DNA from: Paraspadella gotoi
Taxonomy: Eukaryota > Animalia > Chaetognatha
Direction: 5' to 3'
DNA length: 64,000 nt
Assembly (NCBI GenBank): GCA_051294375.1
Contig: CM119267.1
Location: 5,384,578-5,448,577, forward strand
The notes below the pieces were generated by a model. That model searched no databases. It was not told where the DNA came from and was given only the letters and a program-made list of their open reading frames with translations. The translations under genes were made by a program, and so were the position numbers. How positions within the stretch are numbered: the stretch's first letter is position 1; each line of letters starts with the position of its first letter. Positions 51,170 to 61,943 of this stretch are shown piece by piece.

Positions 51170-53065
51170 TCAACCGCTTGTAGCCTTTTCCGCCTTGCAC
51201 AAAGCCAAAGAACGAAGTTCTTTATGATTCCCACCGGCGATCAACCAGTCAAAAAATCTACGCCTGAGCACCTTGTTTAACTCTTGGGCTTGTCTTTCCG
51301 ACTTAAGTCTTTCGCCGTCAAAGACGATTTGCTGCCGTAACGCGGCAAACTTTCGCGCCTTCTCCTCCAGCGCCTCCTGATAATCCTTGGGAAGTTTGAC
51401 GAGCAGTGCGCCTCGATTCTTACCCTCGTCCTCCTTTCCTTCCGCTTTTTCAAACGGAATCGACGTCGTCGTGAAATTCTCCGGCGGCATCAAATTCCAC
51501 GCCTTCGTCTCCCCCTCGGTGCCACCCATCACGTATGGTCGGTCCCAAGAGTTGACAGAGACGCCGAGGTCGCAGAGTTGAAGGTGTCGATCCAGCCCTG
51601 GGTACGAGGTGTTGAAAGGAGCGAAAGTGAGCTCCTCGTTGAAACCCAGCACCAAAGGCGAAGACGGAGTAAGGAGATGAAAGGTGCAACGTTTAGAGTG
51701 TGCCACGCTCAGTCGTCGGCAACAGGCGATGACCGTCGCGTTCTCGCAGGACGTCAAGTGCACCGTCGTCTCTGCCACGCAGAATATGACGACGTTCTTA
51801 CACTTTGAAATTAGGACGCTGCGAAGCGGCGTCAAAAAATAGCAAAATGAGTCGCGGACTCGATGGAGACGGACCGAGGCACGGAAGAGGTTCTCGTCTT
51901 CGTCGCTGCGAGCGAGGGCCTGTTTGACGACGTTTGACACGTGGAGTAGTTTCTCTCGTGGACGCGGAGAAAGGTTAAAATTGGAAACTATTTGATAAGG
52001 CGTGGCTCTGGATGACGATCGCGCCGAGGCCTCATGTGGCGAGGTAATCCATGGAAGATGCAGGCCAGTGAGCGAAATGGCGGGTGCCGCGAAGGGATCG
52101 GCTACGAGGGAGGCACGAAACCAATCTTCAAATGGACGGTAGGCGAACGATTTGGTCGCTTTCGAATATCCCGTGAGGGTGTGAAGATTCGGGTAGGTCG
52201 CCACTTCATGAAGGTTCACTAAAGTTTCAGTCTTTCTCTCTCGATCGATCACTTTGGCGCCGATGAGAAAACCCAAAGCCTCTACGGCCTCGAGCGACAA
52301 GGAGGGGTCGACGCCGGATCCTTGAGGGTTTGCCCGAGTGGGCGACAACAGTAAGTCGAGAAAGTTCTTCAGGTAACCAGAGAAAAAAGCAAGGCAGGCA
52401 TCGGCGTCCGGAACAAAAGGCAAACGAGCAGAATGAGGTGGTGGAGGCTGCGGACGAGGTGAAGACGGAGGCTGACCCGTAGAAGGCCACTCGTCGCCCA
52501 TCGATAGCGACGTACGCAGCGAGATTTTGTGAATACGCTGGACACCGAGGAGAATAGCGAAGCGACGGACGTCGACCCAAATGTCGTCTCGAGAGCTTGA
52601 GCTAGAACCGTGGGCGCCGTCGATGGTGTCTGCGGAGTCTACGCCGGCGACATTCTCCGACCCCCGCGTGAACGACGCCTCGTCAAATGTTTTTCTCAGC
52701 TGAGGAGTGGCGTCGTCGCGCAGCATGTCATAGGTTTCGAAATAAATCCAGGCGACTTCAGGAGCCATACCGAGTTTGTCGCAGGCCACATGACGCCAGA
52801 GGGTAAACCGCAACTTGGGAAAATCCTGTTGTTTTTTGACGAAGGCATAATCTATTAACTTTTTGAGATTGTCAAAGACGATGCGATGATGTGGCGGAAC
52901 TTGCAACGCGCCGAAAGTCAACACTTCGGACTTGACCCACAACTGGACGGAGAGGGCGTCTTTGGGTTTAACGCCAAACTTTGTCGTTGGGTCTTTAGGA
53001 TGTTTCGGAGTAGAGTTTGAGGTGCCATCTTTTATTGCGCGAGTTCTCGATGTTTTTTCTTTCAT
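51170..53065 (-). CDS. TBCCD1: TBCC domain-containing protein 1 (intronless)
   Basis: LWVKSEVLTFGALQVPP; ISLRTSLSMGDEWPS; TBCC beta-helix (FLTPLRSVLISKC, FHLLTPSSPL, FAPFNTSYPGL). First true ATG at 53065. Confidence 0.9.
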   Translation of the reverse strand: MKEKTSRTRAIKDGTSNSTPKHPKDPTTKFGVKPKDALSVQLWVKSEVLTFGALQVPPHHRIVFDNLKKLIDYAFVKKQQDFPKLRFTLWRHVACDKLGMAPEVAWIYFETYDMLRDDATPQLRKTFDEASFTRGSENVAGVDSADTIDGAHGSSSSSRDDIWVDVRRFAILLGVQRIHKISLRTSLSMGDEWPSTGQPPSSPRPQPPPPHSARLPFVPDADACLAFFSGYLKNFLDLLLSPTRANPQGSGVDPSLSLEAVEALGFLIGAKVIDRERKTETLVNLHEVATYPNLHTLTGYSKATKSFAYRPFEDWFRASLVADPFAAPAISLTGLHLPWITSPHEASARSSSRATPYQIVSNFNLSPRPREKLLHVSNVVKQALARSDEDENLFRASVRLHRVRDSFCYFLTPLRSVLISKCKNVVIFCVAETTVHLTSCENATVIACCRRLSVAHSKRCTFHLLTPSSPLVLGFNEELTFAPFNTSYPGLDRHLQLCDLGVSVNSWDRPYVMGGTEGETKAWNLMPPENFTTTSIPFEKAEGKEDEGKNRGALLVKLPKDYQEALEEKARKFAALRQQIVFDGERLKSERQAQELNKVLRRRFFDWLIAGGNHKELRSLALCKAEKATSG

Positions 53066-53199
53066 GGTGAAGATTTCGTTATCATGTTTCAAAAAACTGT
53101 ACTACGTTCAAGGTAAAAATAACATGAAAATTGTTTAAAAAAACTTGAATTCGCAATACGTAATGAATAAAAAAGATACTCGTAAAGAATACCCCCGCT

Positions 53200-54129
53200 T
53201 CACCGCCGCATGGCCTTTTTAAATTTGTCGAAGTGATAATCGTCGGTGGCGCTGTCAGGCTTGTGTTTTTTCGTCGAAGGTCCCGTGGAGGCCGAGGCCA
53301 AGGCGGGGTTCTTCTCCGTCATCCCGACAACCATCGGTTGGGGCTTCTCCTTCTCTTCCTCCCTCTTTGGCTCTCGCTTCGGTTTGTTCTCCTCCAAGTT
53401 AAACCGGTTGTGCTGGACAAAGTTGACGGCGACATTGCCCGGGGCCATGGAGGAGGTGGGCTTTTGTCTCTCGGCGATCTTCCGGTCCAAAAGTCGCTTC
53501 TTCGCCTTCTCAGTCTCCTCGATATTTCGGATCTTCTCGTTGACGCCGAGATCGACTTCGGGGATGCCCGACAACATTTGGCTGGAAAGCATCTCCTCGC
53601 CTTTTTTGCGGTAGCTCATCTTGAGGTGTTCGGGAAGGGCTTGAAAGACGGGGTCGGACTCGAGCGGGTCTAGCGCTGCGTCCTCGCCGTCGGCATCCCG
53701 ACCTCGACGGCGCTTTGACATTTCCTCCTCGATGTACTTGCACATCTCGGCATCCTCGTCGCGCTGATTCGTCTCAGCGGCGAAAGTATTTCCCATATTG
53801 ACCATGTCTTTCTCGTTCTCCTCTGTCCGGTCGCGGTTGCGGTCCTTTGCGGCGGTCTCCTTGGGGTCGATCAAACCACCCGTCTTCCACGGGTCGTTTT
53901 CCTCGATTTGTACAGCGATCGAGTCGGCGGGTTTCTTGAGTTTGTCGCCCATGGCGAGGGCAGCAGCGGTGACGCCACGGGGACGATTGCGCATACGCTG
54001 CAACTCTTTGGCGTCACGGAGAACGGTCTCTAGTTCGGGCGCCGGCGTCTCCACTGTTTTCGAAATTTCGTCGTCCTCGTCGCTGGAACTCGAACGACGC
54101 TGACGTAATTGTCGTTTGGGTGGAGGCAT
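53200..54129 (-). CDS. C9orf78: C9orf78/Tls1 splicing factor (intronless)
   Basis: TFAAETNQRDEDAEMCKYIEEE; EEMLSSQMLSGIPEVDLG; NFVQHNRF; ATDDYHFDKFKK. Confidence 0.95.
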   Translation of the reverse strand: MPPPKRQLRQRRSSSSDEDDEISKTVETPAPELETVLRDAKELQRMRNRPRGVTAAALAMGDKLKKPADSIAVQIEENDPWKTGGLIDPKETAAKDRNRDRTEENEKDMVNMGNTFAAETNQRDEDAEMCKYIEEEMSKRRRGRDADGEDAALDPLESDPVFQALPEHLKMSYRKKGEEMLSSQMLSGIPEVDLGVNEKIRNIEETEKAKKRLLDRKIAERQKPTSSMAPGNVAVNFVQHNRFNLEENKPKREPKREEEKEKPQPMVVGMTEKNPALASASTGPSTKKHKPDSATDDYHFDKFKKAMRR

Positions 54130-54289
54130 TGTTTTTTTATGCGAATTATTCTGAAAATTTAACAAGTTTGGTAGATTTGTTAATAAGGTTTTAATAACGA
54201 ATAAGTTAGCTTGATCCATTATCAGATGAATACAACATCCCCCCCCCAAAAAAAATAATAAAAACAATAATTTCGAAAAAGTCTCCGCT

Positions 54290-54991
54290 TCAGTCGACGG
54301 TTATTTCCATTCGTCTTCGACGCTCCATTTTTCTTCGAGTGTTTCGCGACACCTTCTTCGGCGCGGGTCTCCCTTCAACCGACTCCAGCAGCTCCCCGTT
54401 CTTCTCCATTTCTTGTTTGTTCTTCAGATGCAGAATCATCGTGTCCAATGGATTCTTCCGAAATTCGGGATGTTCCAGGACCTTTTTAAAGGTGTCGACG
54501 TTCTTCAACATATCATTGTGCTTCTGTTTTTCCGATTTGTTTCTTTGCTTCGATCCATTATCGGTCGCGCGCTCGACAGTCGTGGCCGACTTCAAGCCGG
54601 TCACGCGATCCTGGACGGAGGGAAGAGAGTCGAGCAGCAGCTGAAAACCGGCGGCGTTAGACAATGCGCTGCTTCCGGCGTCGCTTTTGGATTTTTTCGC
54701 CCCGCGCTTCTTGGATTTTTCCTTGCATAACTGGATCTTGTCGTGCCAAAGTTTTTTGCGCAACTTCAACCGCTCCTTTTTCGACTTGGTAACGCCGTGT
54801 AATGCTTTGAAAGAAATGACGCTTTTAGTTTCAAAGTCTTCGGCCGTTGGAAGGCGTGGCCGAGTGGAAGGATCGCTGAGTTCGAATGGGTTAGGTGGCG
54901 TCGAAGTTGCCGTTTCGGGCTGCTTCGCCGCAGCGGTCGCCGCCGCCGCCGCTGCCTTCTTCGCTTTCTTTTTAATGTTAACTTTGCCCAT
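54290..54991 (-). CDS. SLX9: SLX9/FAM207A-like ribosome biogenesis factor (intronless)
   Basis: MGKV basic N-terminus; SKKERLKLRKKLWHDKI; LLDSLP; FKKVLEHPEFRKNPLDTMILHL. Confidence 0.8.
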   Translation of the reverse strand: MGKVNIKKKAKKAAAAAATAAAKQPETATSTPPNPFELSDPSTRPRLPTAEDFETKSVISFKALHGVTKSKKERLKLRKKLWHDKIQLCKEKSKKRGAKKSKSDAGSSALSNAAGFQLLLDSLPSVQDRVTGLKSATTVERATDNGSKQRNKSEKQKHNDMLKNVDTFKKVLEHPEFRKNPLDTMILHLKNKQEMEKNGELLESVEGRPAPKKVSRNTRRKMERRRRMEITVD

Positions 54992-55104
54992 TTGCTTATA
55001 TTAGAATTGGACCAAACTAGTAAAAAAAAATCAATTCGGCAATTATCAAAAACAATTTTACTAAACTAGCAGACAGTATTCAAATAATATCATTAACAAT
55101 TTAA

Positions 55105-55548
55105 TCATTTTTTGCCCTCGATCATGATAATGTGATATCCATGCACAGTTTTGACGGGAGGATCCGTGTAGGCTGGTCTGTCGATCGTCGAAGGACTGAG
55201 AGCGAAGGCTGCGTCTTGGAAGGGGCCGACCATGGATCCTCTCGTCATCCAACCGAGGTCCCCACCCTGCTTGGCCTTATCTTCGCTGTACTGAGTAGCG
55301 ACCTCGTTGAACTTCACGCCCGACTTAAGTTTTTCCATAGCCTCCAGGGCTTTCGACTGTTTTTCGCAGAGGATGTGACGCACTTTGACGGACGTACCGC
55401 CTTTGATGTCTTTTTTCGTGGCTCCAGCGCCTCCAGAGGCGCCTTTTTCTCCCTTGGCGCCGTCACCTTTGCCGCCCTTGGCACCGTCGCCTTTGCCGCC
55501 CTTGGCCGATTTGGCGCCTCCTTTGTCTCCGCCTTTTTTGGGCGGCAT
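55105..55548 (-). CDS. PIN4: Parvulin-14 peptidyl-prolyl isomerase (intronless)
   Basis: MPPKKGG..; [10 protein letters not shown]; [21 protein letters not shown]; [17 protein letters not shown]. Confidence 0.96.
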   Translation of the reverse strand: MPPKKGGDKGGAKSAKGGKGDGAKGGKGDGAKGEKGASGGAGATKKDIKGGTSVKVRHILCEKQSKALEAMEKLKSGVKFNEVATQYSEDKAKQGGDLGWMTRGSMVGPFQDAAFALSPSTIDRPAYTDPPVKTVHGYHIIMIEGKK

Positions 55549-55879
55549 TACTCTTGTAAAATACTGAGTGTAAAGAGCAAAAACTTTCAAGAAAAAAGAG
55601 TCACAGCAAACTCGAAACGAAGCATTAAAACGGCTTCATGGCACTGAGGTAAATTTCACTATTCTGGACATCTATTCAATTTCAAAAATTTCGGAAAGGG
55701 AAAAACCAATAAAGCGACTTTTAACAAAGAACAAGAACCGCTTTTGATGACAGAAAACTAAAAGTTAGGATTAATTTCAATGAATTTTTTTTCCTTCACG
55801 GCACTTCAATCACAGCAAACCAAATTATCGAGACAAAGTTTATTCCCTTTAATTACTAATTGGCATATTTGTTTTTGAA

Positions 55880-56254
55880 CTAAATGACACTTTTATCCCG
55901 AATTTTATATTCCCTTCCTTTAATCTTTAGTTCTGTTATAATTGGCGGTGGTAGTTTTCCTTGGACCGAAACCGCGTAAATTCCTTTGTGTTGACCAACG
56001 ATGCGCTGCCACTTTGCCACCCAAGAGTCGTTGGGCTGCATCATGGCGATTATGCCGTCGAACCCGGAAGAGGTACAAGCGTACACCATTTCTCGGTTGG
56101 CTTTCATGTGCAACCATTCTTCGCAATTCTCACAACCTTCAAGTTCGAACTGATCGACCGTTTTGACTAAAGCGCATAGTAAGCATGCTCTCAAGTTTCT
56201 CATTGTGTTGGGCACAATGTCAACAGTCACGCTTTCAGGCTCGCTTTCGGACAT
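55880..56254 (-). CDS. SUPT4H1: Transcription elongation factor SPT4 (intronless)
   Basis: [24 protein letters not shown]; [25 protein letters not shown]; [12 protein letters not shown]. Confidence 0.96.
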   Translation of the reverse strand: MSESEPESVTVDIVPNTMRNLRACLLCALVKTVDQFELEGCENCEEWLHMKANREMVYACTSSGFDGIIAMMQPNDSWVAKWQRIVGQHKGIYAVSVQGKLPPPIITELKIKGREYKIRDKSVI

Positions 56255-56348
56255 TTTTTTAGCGAATTTTTTTTTTAAATGGGAAACATTATTGGCTAGA
56301 TTGCTTTGCAATTGAAATGCCGCAAGAGAACTAAAGTTATTTTTTGTA

Positions 56349-59300
56349 TTAAAATGTTTCTGACACTTTAATATCACTAATATTTGTATGTTTTAAAATT
56401 TTGCACATTGTTGTATCGGGTTCTGTTAAACAAATGTTCTCTAGTTTAAACGATGTCAGTGAGAAAAGATACTGAACAATAGATATTATGTTGTCGACTG
56501 ATTCGTCCCCAAGACAATTATTGGAAATATTTAATGAAGTTAAAGAACGACAAATTGAATTTTGCCGAGATTCTGACAAATAAATTTCACACAACTGGTC
56601 CTTAATTTGAGAAAGATTTTCATAAAACATACCACAGGACGCAATATTTAATGTTTTTAAATTTTTTAAAGATTTAAGAGCATTGCTCAAAATAATCCAT
56701 TCTTCATCAAACAAAATGGTCATTTCAAAGGATAACGTTTGCAGAAGTTCATGTCCGTTGAGAGCTCGAATTACAGCTAGTAAGGAGGGAGAGGACTCCA
56801 AAACAACGTCCGACAAACTAAAATCCCTCGAACCGTTTGCCAATTGGAATTTCTCTAGTATCGCTTCCACCGGCCTTAACCCCAGAGCCGCACACGAATC
56901 CCGATATATTTCCTCCGCGGAGGCGACTTTCCAAGAATCCACGGCGCAGAACACCTCTTTGGCGCCTTGCAGCAACGAGATCGGGTCGTCGGGATCCAAT
57001 ATGACGCCGGTCGACAATCGCAGAGATAGATAAGGCTTCGCGCCGAACCTTTTCGAGTATCGATCGGAAGCTTCGTTGCAAAGCCAGGAAAGTTTCGTGT
57101 CGTCCTCAACTTTGGGCAGCGGAATGAGAAAAGCATGAGAATTGACGTTAACAGTGATGCTCTTAGAAGTTAAGACGAGATCGGGACATGGTCTGGAATC
57201 GCTGGCGTCGTCGAGGACTATCGGCGATGGGGATCGTGAAGCGACCTCTACTCCGATCGACGTCAACTTTTGTTGTTTGTATCGTCCAGTTTTGGCAAAA
57301 TGGGAACTCGAACGGGATGAAGGCTCGGGCGTCTTGCTCTCCACTCGATCCGCAGGTTTTTTATTTTGAACGTAAGAGTCGATTCTCTCTTTCGCAGACT
57401 TTGATTGCGTGACTCGAGCGAGCGATGAAAGTTTGGGTTTTTTATTTTTCAAAGCGACGCCCGACGCGGGTCGATTTCCTCCCCCTGCCCCAGCGTCGAT
57501 GAACGTCTCCGCTAGAGACCTTTTCTTCGACTTCCAACGGCTCGAGGTATTGAGGTCGTCGACGAGCCAATCGTCTTCCACGTAATCGTCATCCGAGCTT
57601 TGGAGAAACGGCTCCGAAGAATCCTCAGTTTCCGCACTGACGCGAGACACCGCGCTCGACCCAATTCGATGCATTTCGCGCTGATAGACTTCGACGCCCG
57701 GGAGTTCGAGGTCGACGCCCTTTCGTCCGAGATTTTCCAAGGCGAAGTCGGAAGACGACTCTGTTACGGTCGCGTCTTCCGCGGTCTCGAATTCTGAAGT
57801 GGAGATCATGATGTCCGATTTCGGTTTGAACGTTGGGTCTTTGGAACTCGTGGATTGGACGTCGGAGCAGTCGGCCGTGGAGAACAGATCGAGATACTGC
57901 TGCTCTAGATCCGAGTCAAATCTCACGTTGTCCTGGCTTTTTCGATCGCAATTAAGCTCCTCTATAAACGATACCACTTCCGGATCGTCCAGATAATTTT
58001 CCAGATGATCGCGAAAATTTCGTCCCAGGTAATCTCTCGCGTCAACTCGAGCTCCGTTCAATCTCAACAATTTCATGATGGCTACATGACCGCCAGCTGC
58101 TGCACAGAGAAACGGAGTTTTGCTCTCCTTCCAATTTTCTCCTGGATCTTCGACGTCGGCTCCGCCAATAAGAAGCAAAGAAACTACGTTCGAATATCCG
58201 GCCAGGCAGGCGTCGTGAATGGGGGAGATGCCCGTAAAATCGTGGGTGTTGACCCTTTTCTTCATTTCCATCAACTTTTTGACGCGTTTGTAGTCTCCAG
58301 CTTTGGCCGCTTCGTGCAGCGCGGTTTCTCCCCTCAGATTCTTTGGTTCCGAGGCGACCGCGCCGCGTCTGCCGATCTGTTTAGGGGCTTTTAGTTTGGC
58401 GGCGACGCTCGCTTCGACGTCGGAATCGCCCGAGAGGTCGGATTCGCCGAAATCCGGGTCGCTTTCTTCGTCAATTTCTTCCAACGCATCTTCGGGCGAT
58501 TCCTCCGTTTCGACGTCGAGATCCTTGATTTCCGCGGTAATGTTGTCTTTTATCGTCGAGGCGTCTTTTATTTCGTCGGACTTATCGTTGCGTGCGAGAA
58601 AAGCTAACCACTTTTCTAAAATTCCCAATATTTGACGCGTATCGCCGCTTTTGCGAGCTCTTTTTCCCGCCTTTTCGTACGTTTCTTGGATGAGGCCGAG
58701 GGATTCCTCGTTTTTCTCTTGGATGTCGGCGATTTTGGCCAAGGTGTTGGAAACCTCCAGATGATTGTCGTTCCAGGATTTTAATTCTTTTTGATAGTAC
58801 TCCAAGGCTGCTGAATAATTCTTCAAATCGCAATTAGTCTCGGCGATGCTACAATAAATTGGCTGAAAGAATTTGCTCTCCTTTTTAAGTTGCTGACAAA
58901 CCGATTCTTGCTCCATATAAAATTGCAGAGCAGCTTCGTTGTTACTTATTGATGGATGAGAACAATTGTCACCCAATTTTTCAAGCAGTTTTAGTTTCAG
59001 GTGCAAATCGGGACAGCTTTGTAAATTTTCCAAAAGAAAATGAATTTTTAACAAGCGTTTGACGATTCTTTTAATGTCTTCTACTCCTTCCGCTCCCGAC
59101 TTGCCAATCAGTTTCTGGCATTCTTGGTAGCTTTTAGCCGCATCCCTGTATCGGTTCAGTTGAATTAAACAATGAGCCTTTAGTCTTATAGTCTCCTCTC
59201 TCTTACTTTTAGGCAATCTAGCGTGTTCCGAAAATGCCATTTCAATGCCTTCTTTCACGCTGTCCAAAGCTTCGTCAGGTCTTTTCCCTCTAAGGTAAGC

Positions 59301-59966
59301 GGACGAAAACTGCAAATGAACATCCACCAAATCCGCCATTTTTTTCTTTTTCTTCGCCAAATCTTTGTATTTTTCGAGATACTTCAAGCAGTTGGTTTCA
59401 TCCTCCTTCAATTCGTTAATCATGGCCAAGTTTTTAAAGATGTGGGTCTTCATCGAATACACCTCCTCTGCGTCCACTTTTCCAGAGTTAGCCAACTTGC
59501 CGCAGGATTTAAGAGAGCGTTCCAAATACTTTTCCGCGTCGTAGAGACAATCGCGTCTGGCAAAGTCGCTCATATTCTCCTTCGTAACGACGAACTTGTC
59601 AATGAGCACGGAGGCCATGGTCGCCTCTGCCCGCTGAATCTCCACGAGATCGCCGACTTCGGAAACTGCGGCCATGAATCGGCCGCAACTCTCCAGCGCG
59701 TTTTCGAAGTGGCCCATGCTTTTAAGACAATCCGCTATCCTTCGGTGAGCGATGCCTTCGGACAGTTTATCTCTAAGTCGAAGGGAGAATTGCAGCTCTT
59801 GCTCGTGGGACTGCAGGGCGTCCTCGAACAAGAGATGCTGCGCGTAGAGATTGCCGATCTTGTTGCATAAGGTCGCCGCCTCGTGAATTTCATTTTTGGC
59901 GATGAAACGATCCTTTTGAATCTCGTAGTCGTGTAGCTTTTGTCTGTCTTTTATCGGTATCTCCAT
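56349..59966 (-). CDS. TONSL: Tonsoku-like protein (TPR-acidic-ANK-UBL-LRR), single exon
   Basis: N-terminal TPRs ([20 protein letters not shown]); ankyrin repeats ([20 protein letters not shown]); DDWLVDDL; UBL ([18 protein letters not shown]); LRRs. Confidence 0.9.
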   Translation of the reverse strand: MEIPIKDRQKLHDYEIQKDRFIAKNEIHEAATLCNKIGNLYAQHLLFEDALQSHEQELQFSLRLRDKLSEGIAHRRIADCLKSMGHFENALESCGRFMAAVSEVGDLVEIQRAEATMASVLIDKFVVTKENMSDFARRDCLYDAEKYLERSLKSCGKLANSGKVDAEEVYSMKTHIFKNLAMINELKEDETNCLKYLEKYKDLAKKKKKMADLVDVHLQFSSAYLRGKRPDEALDSVKEGIEMAFSEHARLPKSKREETIRLKAHCLIQLNRYRDAAKSYQECQKLIGKSGAEGVEDIKRIVKRLLKIHFLLENLQSCPDLHLKLKLLEKLGDNCSHPSISNNEAALQFYMEQESVCQQLKKESKFFQPIYCSIAETNCDLKNYSAALEYYQKELKSWNDNHLEVSNTLAKIADIQEKNEESLGLIQETYEKAGKRARKSGDTRQILGILEKWLAFLARNDKSDEIKDASTIKDNITAEIKDLDVETEESPEDALEEIDEESDPDFGESDLSGDSDVEASVAAKLKAPKQIGRRGAVASEPKNLRGETALHEAAKAGDYKRVKKLMEMKKRVNTHDFTGISPIHDACLAGYSNVVSLLLIGGADVEDPGENWKESKTPFLCAAAGGHVAIMKLLRLNGARVDARDYLGRNFRDHLENYLDDPEVVSFIEELNCDRKSQDNVRFDSDLEQQYLDLFSTADCSDVQSTSSKDPTFKPKSDIMISTSEFETAEDATVTESSSDFALENLGRKGVDLELPGVEVYQREMHRIGSSAVSRVSAETEDSSEPFLQSSDDDYVEDDWLVDDLNTSSRWKSKKRSLAETFIDAGAGGGNRPASGVALKNKKPKLSSLARVTQSKSAKERIDSYVQNKKPADRVESKTPEPSSRSSSHFAKTGRYKQQKLTSIGVEVASRSPSPIVLDDASDSRPCPDLVLTSKSITVNVNSHAFLIPLPKVEDDTKLSWLCNEASDRYSKRFGAKPYLSLRLSTGVILDPDDPISLLQGAKEVFCAVDSWKVASAEEIYRDSCAALGLRPVEAILEKFQLANGSRDFSLSDVVLESSPSLLAVIRALNGHELLQTLSFEMTILFDEEWIILSNALKSLKNLKTLNIASCGMFYENLSQIKDQLCEIYLSESRQNSICRSLTSLNISNNCLGDESVDNIISIVQYLFSLTSFKLENICLTEPDTTMCKILKHTNISDIKVSETF

Positions 59967-60196
59967 GAATTTATAAATAGTTCAAAAGTTAACCAAATGT
60001 TAAAACAAAGAAGCGGAAGCCTGGAAAGAAACAAACGTATGTAACAATTGCACCTAAAGTTTAAAAAGTAACAAGTGTACTTAGTACCATAGCAATACGA
60101 CTAGCAAATTGGCAAATTAATGTCTATTGAAAAACGATTGTATTTGTTGTAATACTTTGTAATCATGAAATTATTCTAAAAATAACAATTATTTCA

Positions 60197-61943
60197 TTAG
60201 GCCGACGTTTCCGAACGGTCATCTAAAATATAACCCGTCAGACGAGCCTTAGTAATTTCCTCTAAAAAATAATCCATCAAACTGATGTATTCTTTGCTGT
60301 TGTTGTAGTAATGCATGATGTGAGGAGAATCGTCCCAACACTTCTTGCGACATTCGACGCCCATCGCCTCCCACTCGGCGATCGCCCTCTCGATTCCCTC
60401 TACTTTCATGAAGTCGTCGACCTGGGTGAAAAAGTCTACGTTTGGTGGGGTTTGGCCTTTGGGGTTCGAAAACTGACATAAGAACATGTTTGTATGACAT
60501 ACTACGACATTGATCAAACAAGGAACTAATCAGCCAACATTGCAACTCCTTTAACTTAAATACCGAGAGAAGGATGCAGTTGAAAAAACAATAACCTTGG
60601 AAAATAGCCACAAGGCGGGCGCCAAAGCGGGGGCACTGTGGAATTGGACAGAGGCGGCTTTGTAGTTGCGAAAAGTGACAGGATACGTAGCGAGGACGTA
60701 GGACCAAAAAGCGCCCTTCGCCATGTACATCAAAGGCGGGTTCCGTTTGAAGAGCGTTCTCGCCATCCCGTTGGGGACGCCGGCGAAATCGATTGGGCTG
60801 TCAATAACTTGCCCGATGACCCGCTCTCGGAAATGGTCGTCGCAACGACGCAGAGTCTCTCCGTAGAGGTAGCCGCCGATGCTAAAGGTGTGAATGATGA
60901 CGGACCTGGAAAATCGAAGAAAAGGACGGAGTATGCCAACGGGGAGACATGTGTGATGCCCGTGGTGTGAGGCATCGCCCGACTGCTGGCGTTCAGGGCT
61001 TGGGACCTGAGGTGACCAGCCCATGTCACTGGCATGTTTATGCCGACACCATCACACTTTAACCAGCGAGACGGTGATGGGAGGTGGAAAAATATAAAAC
61101 AAGTTTATTTGAGCAAACAATGCCGGATCTGCCCACGATTATTAGCAGTAATTAATTAATTCAAATTAATTAATTAGTCAATAAAATAATTAATTAAATC
61201 TGACACGTTTGTTTTTAAATCTTTCGTCACTGACCACGACAAAAGCAACGATGACGACGACGACAATAATGCCGATAACGATTAATTGATTGACTAACTT
61301 TATTGATTGATTGCATAATTCATTAATTGATAAATAAATTGATAGATTGAGTAATTAATTAAATATTGATTATTTGATTAATTAGTACATTTAATATAAA
61401 AGAAAAAAACATAATCCATTTGTGAAACATGTTTTTTGTTTTTCCCATTTAAACTCATTTCCACTCGCACGATTCCATCGAAACTTAATTTCCAGCTCGA
61501 TCACACACTTTCCTACCCACATACAAAATTTCAAGTCAGTGAATTATAGAGCCGAGATCTGCTGTAAGCTAAAAATAAGACTGAATAACAATCATGCCGA
61601 CCAACCTCCCGGCGAGACTACCATCCAAAGTTGTCAGCAGGCTGTCGACAACTTGATGCGCCTTTGGGGGCCACATCATGTCGGCCGGTTCGATTTTCAC
61701 AGTCAAAACGTCTAAGCCTTTTTCGTTGTAGTAGTCGCGGAACTTTCCTAAGGCGCTGGACTTCGCCAGAAGCCAAGAGTATATGACGACAACGGGGGGC
61801 ATCTCGCCGAAACGATCGTTGGCTCGAACATTTAATTGCAAGTTTTTGGTCAACTTTGTCACTGAGGAGAGTTCGCCGTTTTTGGCTATTTGGGAAAGCT
61901 CCCTTTTCCAGAAAGTCCTCGTCCATAGGTTCCTGGCAAACAT
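60197..61943 (-). CDS. TMEM53/DUF829 alpha/beta-hydrolase-like protein, 3 exons
   Basis: VVIYSWLLAKSSALGKFRDYY; IHTFSIGGYLYGE; GQVIDSP; LWLFSK|VDD; WDDSPHIMHY. Confidence 0.85.
60938..61081 (-). mobile_element. SINE-like repeat copy C, truncated (TMEM53-like intron)
   Basis: High similarity to 11034-11165 (ggagacatgtgtgatgc..ccatgtcactggcatgtttatgccgacacc.tcacactttaacc). Confidence 0.75.
61093..61565 (+). mobile_element. DINE-1/Helentron-like element, internally deleted copy with both ends
   Basis: Same 5' end and core as 14991-15420, and same 3' end (aattatagagccgagatctgctg) as 17867-17888. Confidence 0.8.

Noticed and set aside
55440-55520. 24-nt tandem repeat in PIN4 (GAKGGKGD)
   Set aside because: Ordinary expansion of the known Gly/Lys-rich parvulin-14 N-terminus.
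28849-59870. Other long plus-strand ORFs (28849-29628, 36268-37020, 53233-53673, 55132-55647, 59223-59870)
   Set aside because: Each lies opposite a conserved CDS; expected from codon bias.
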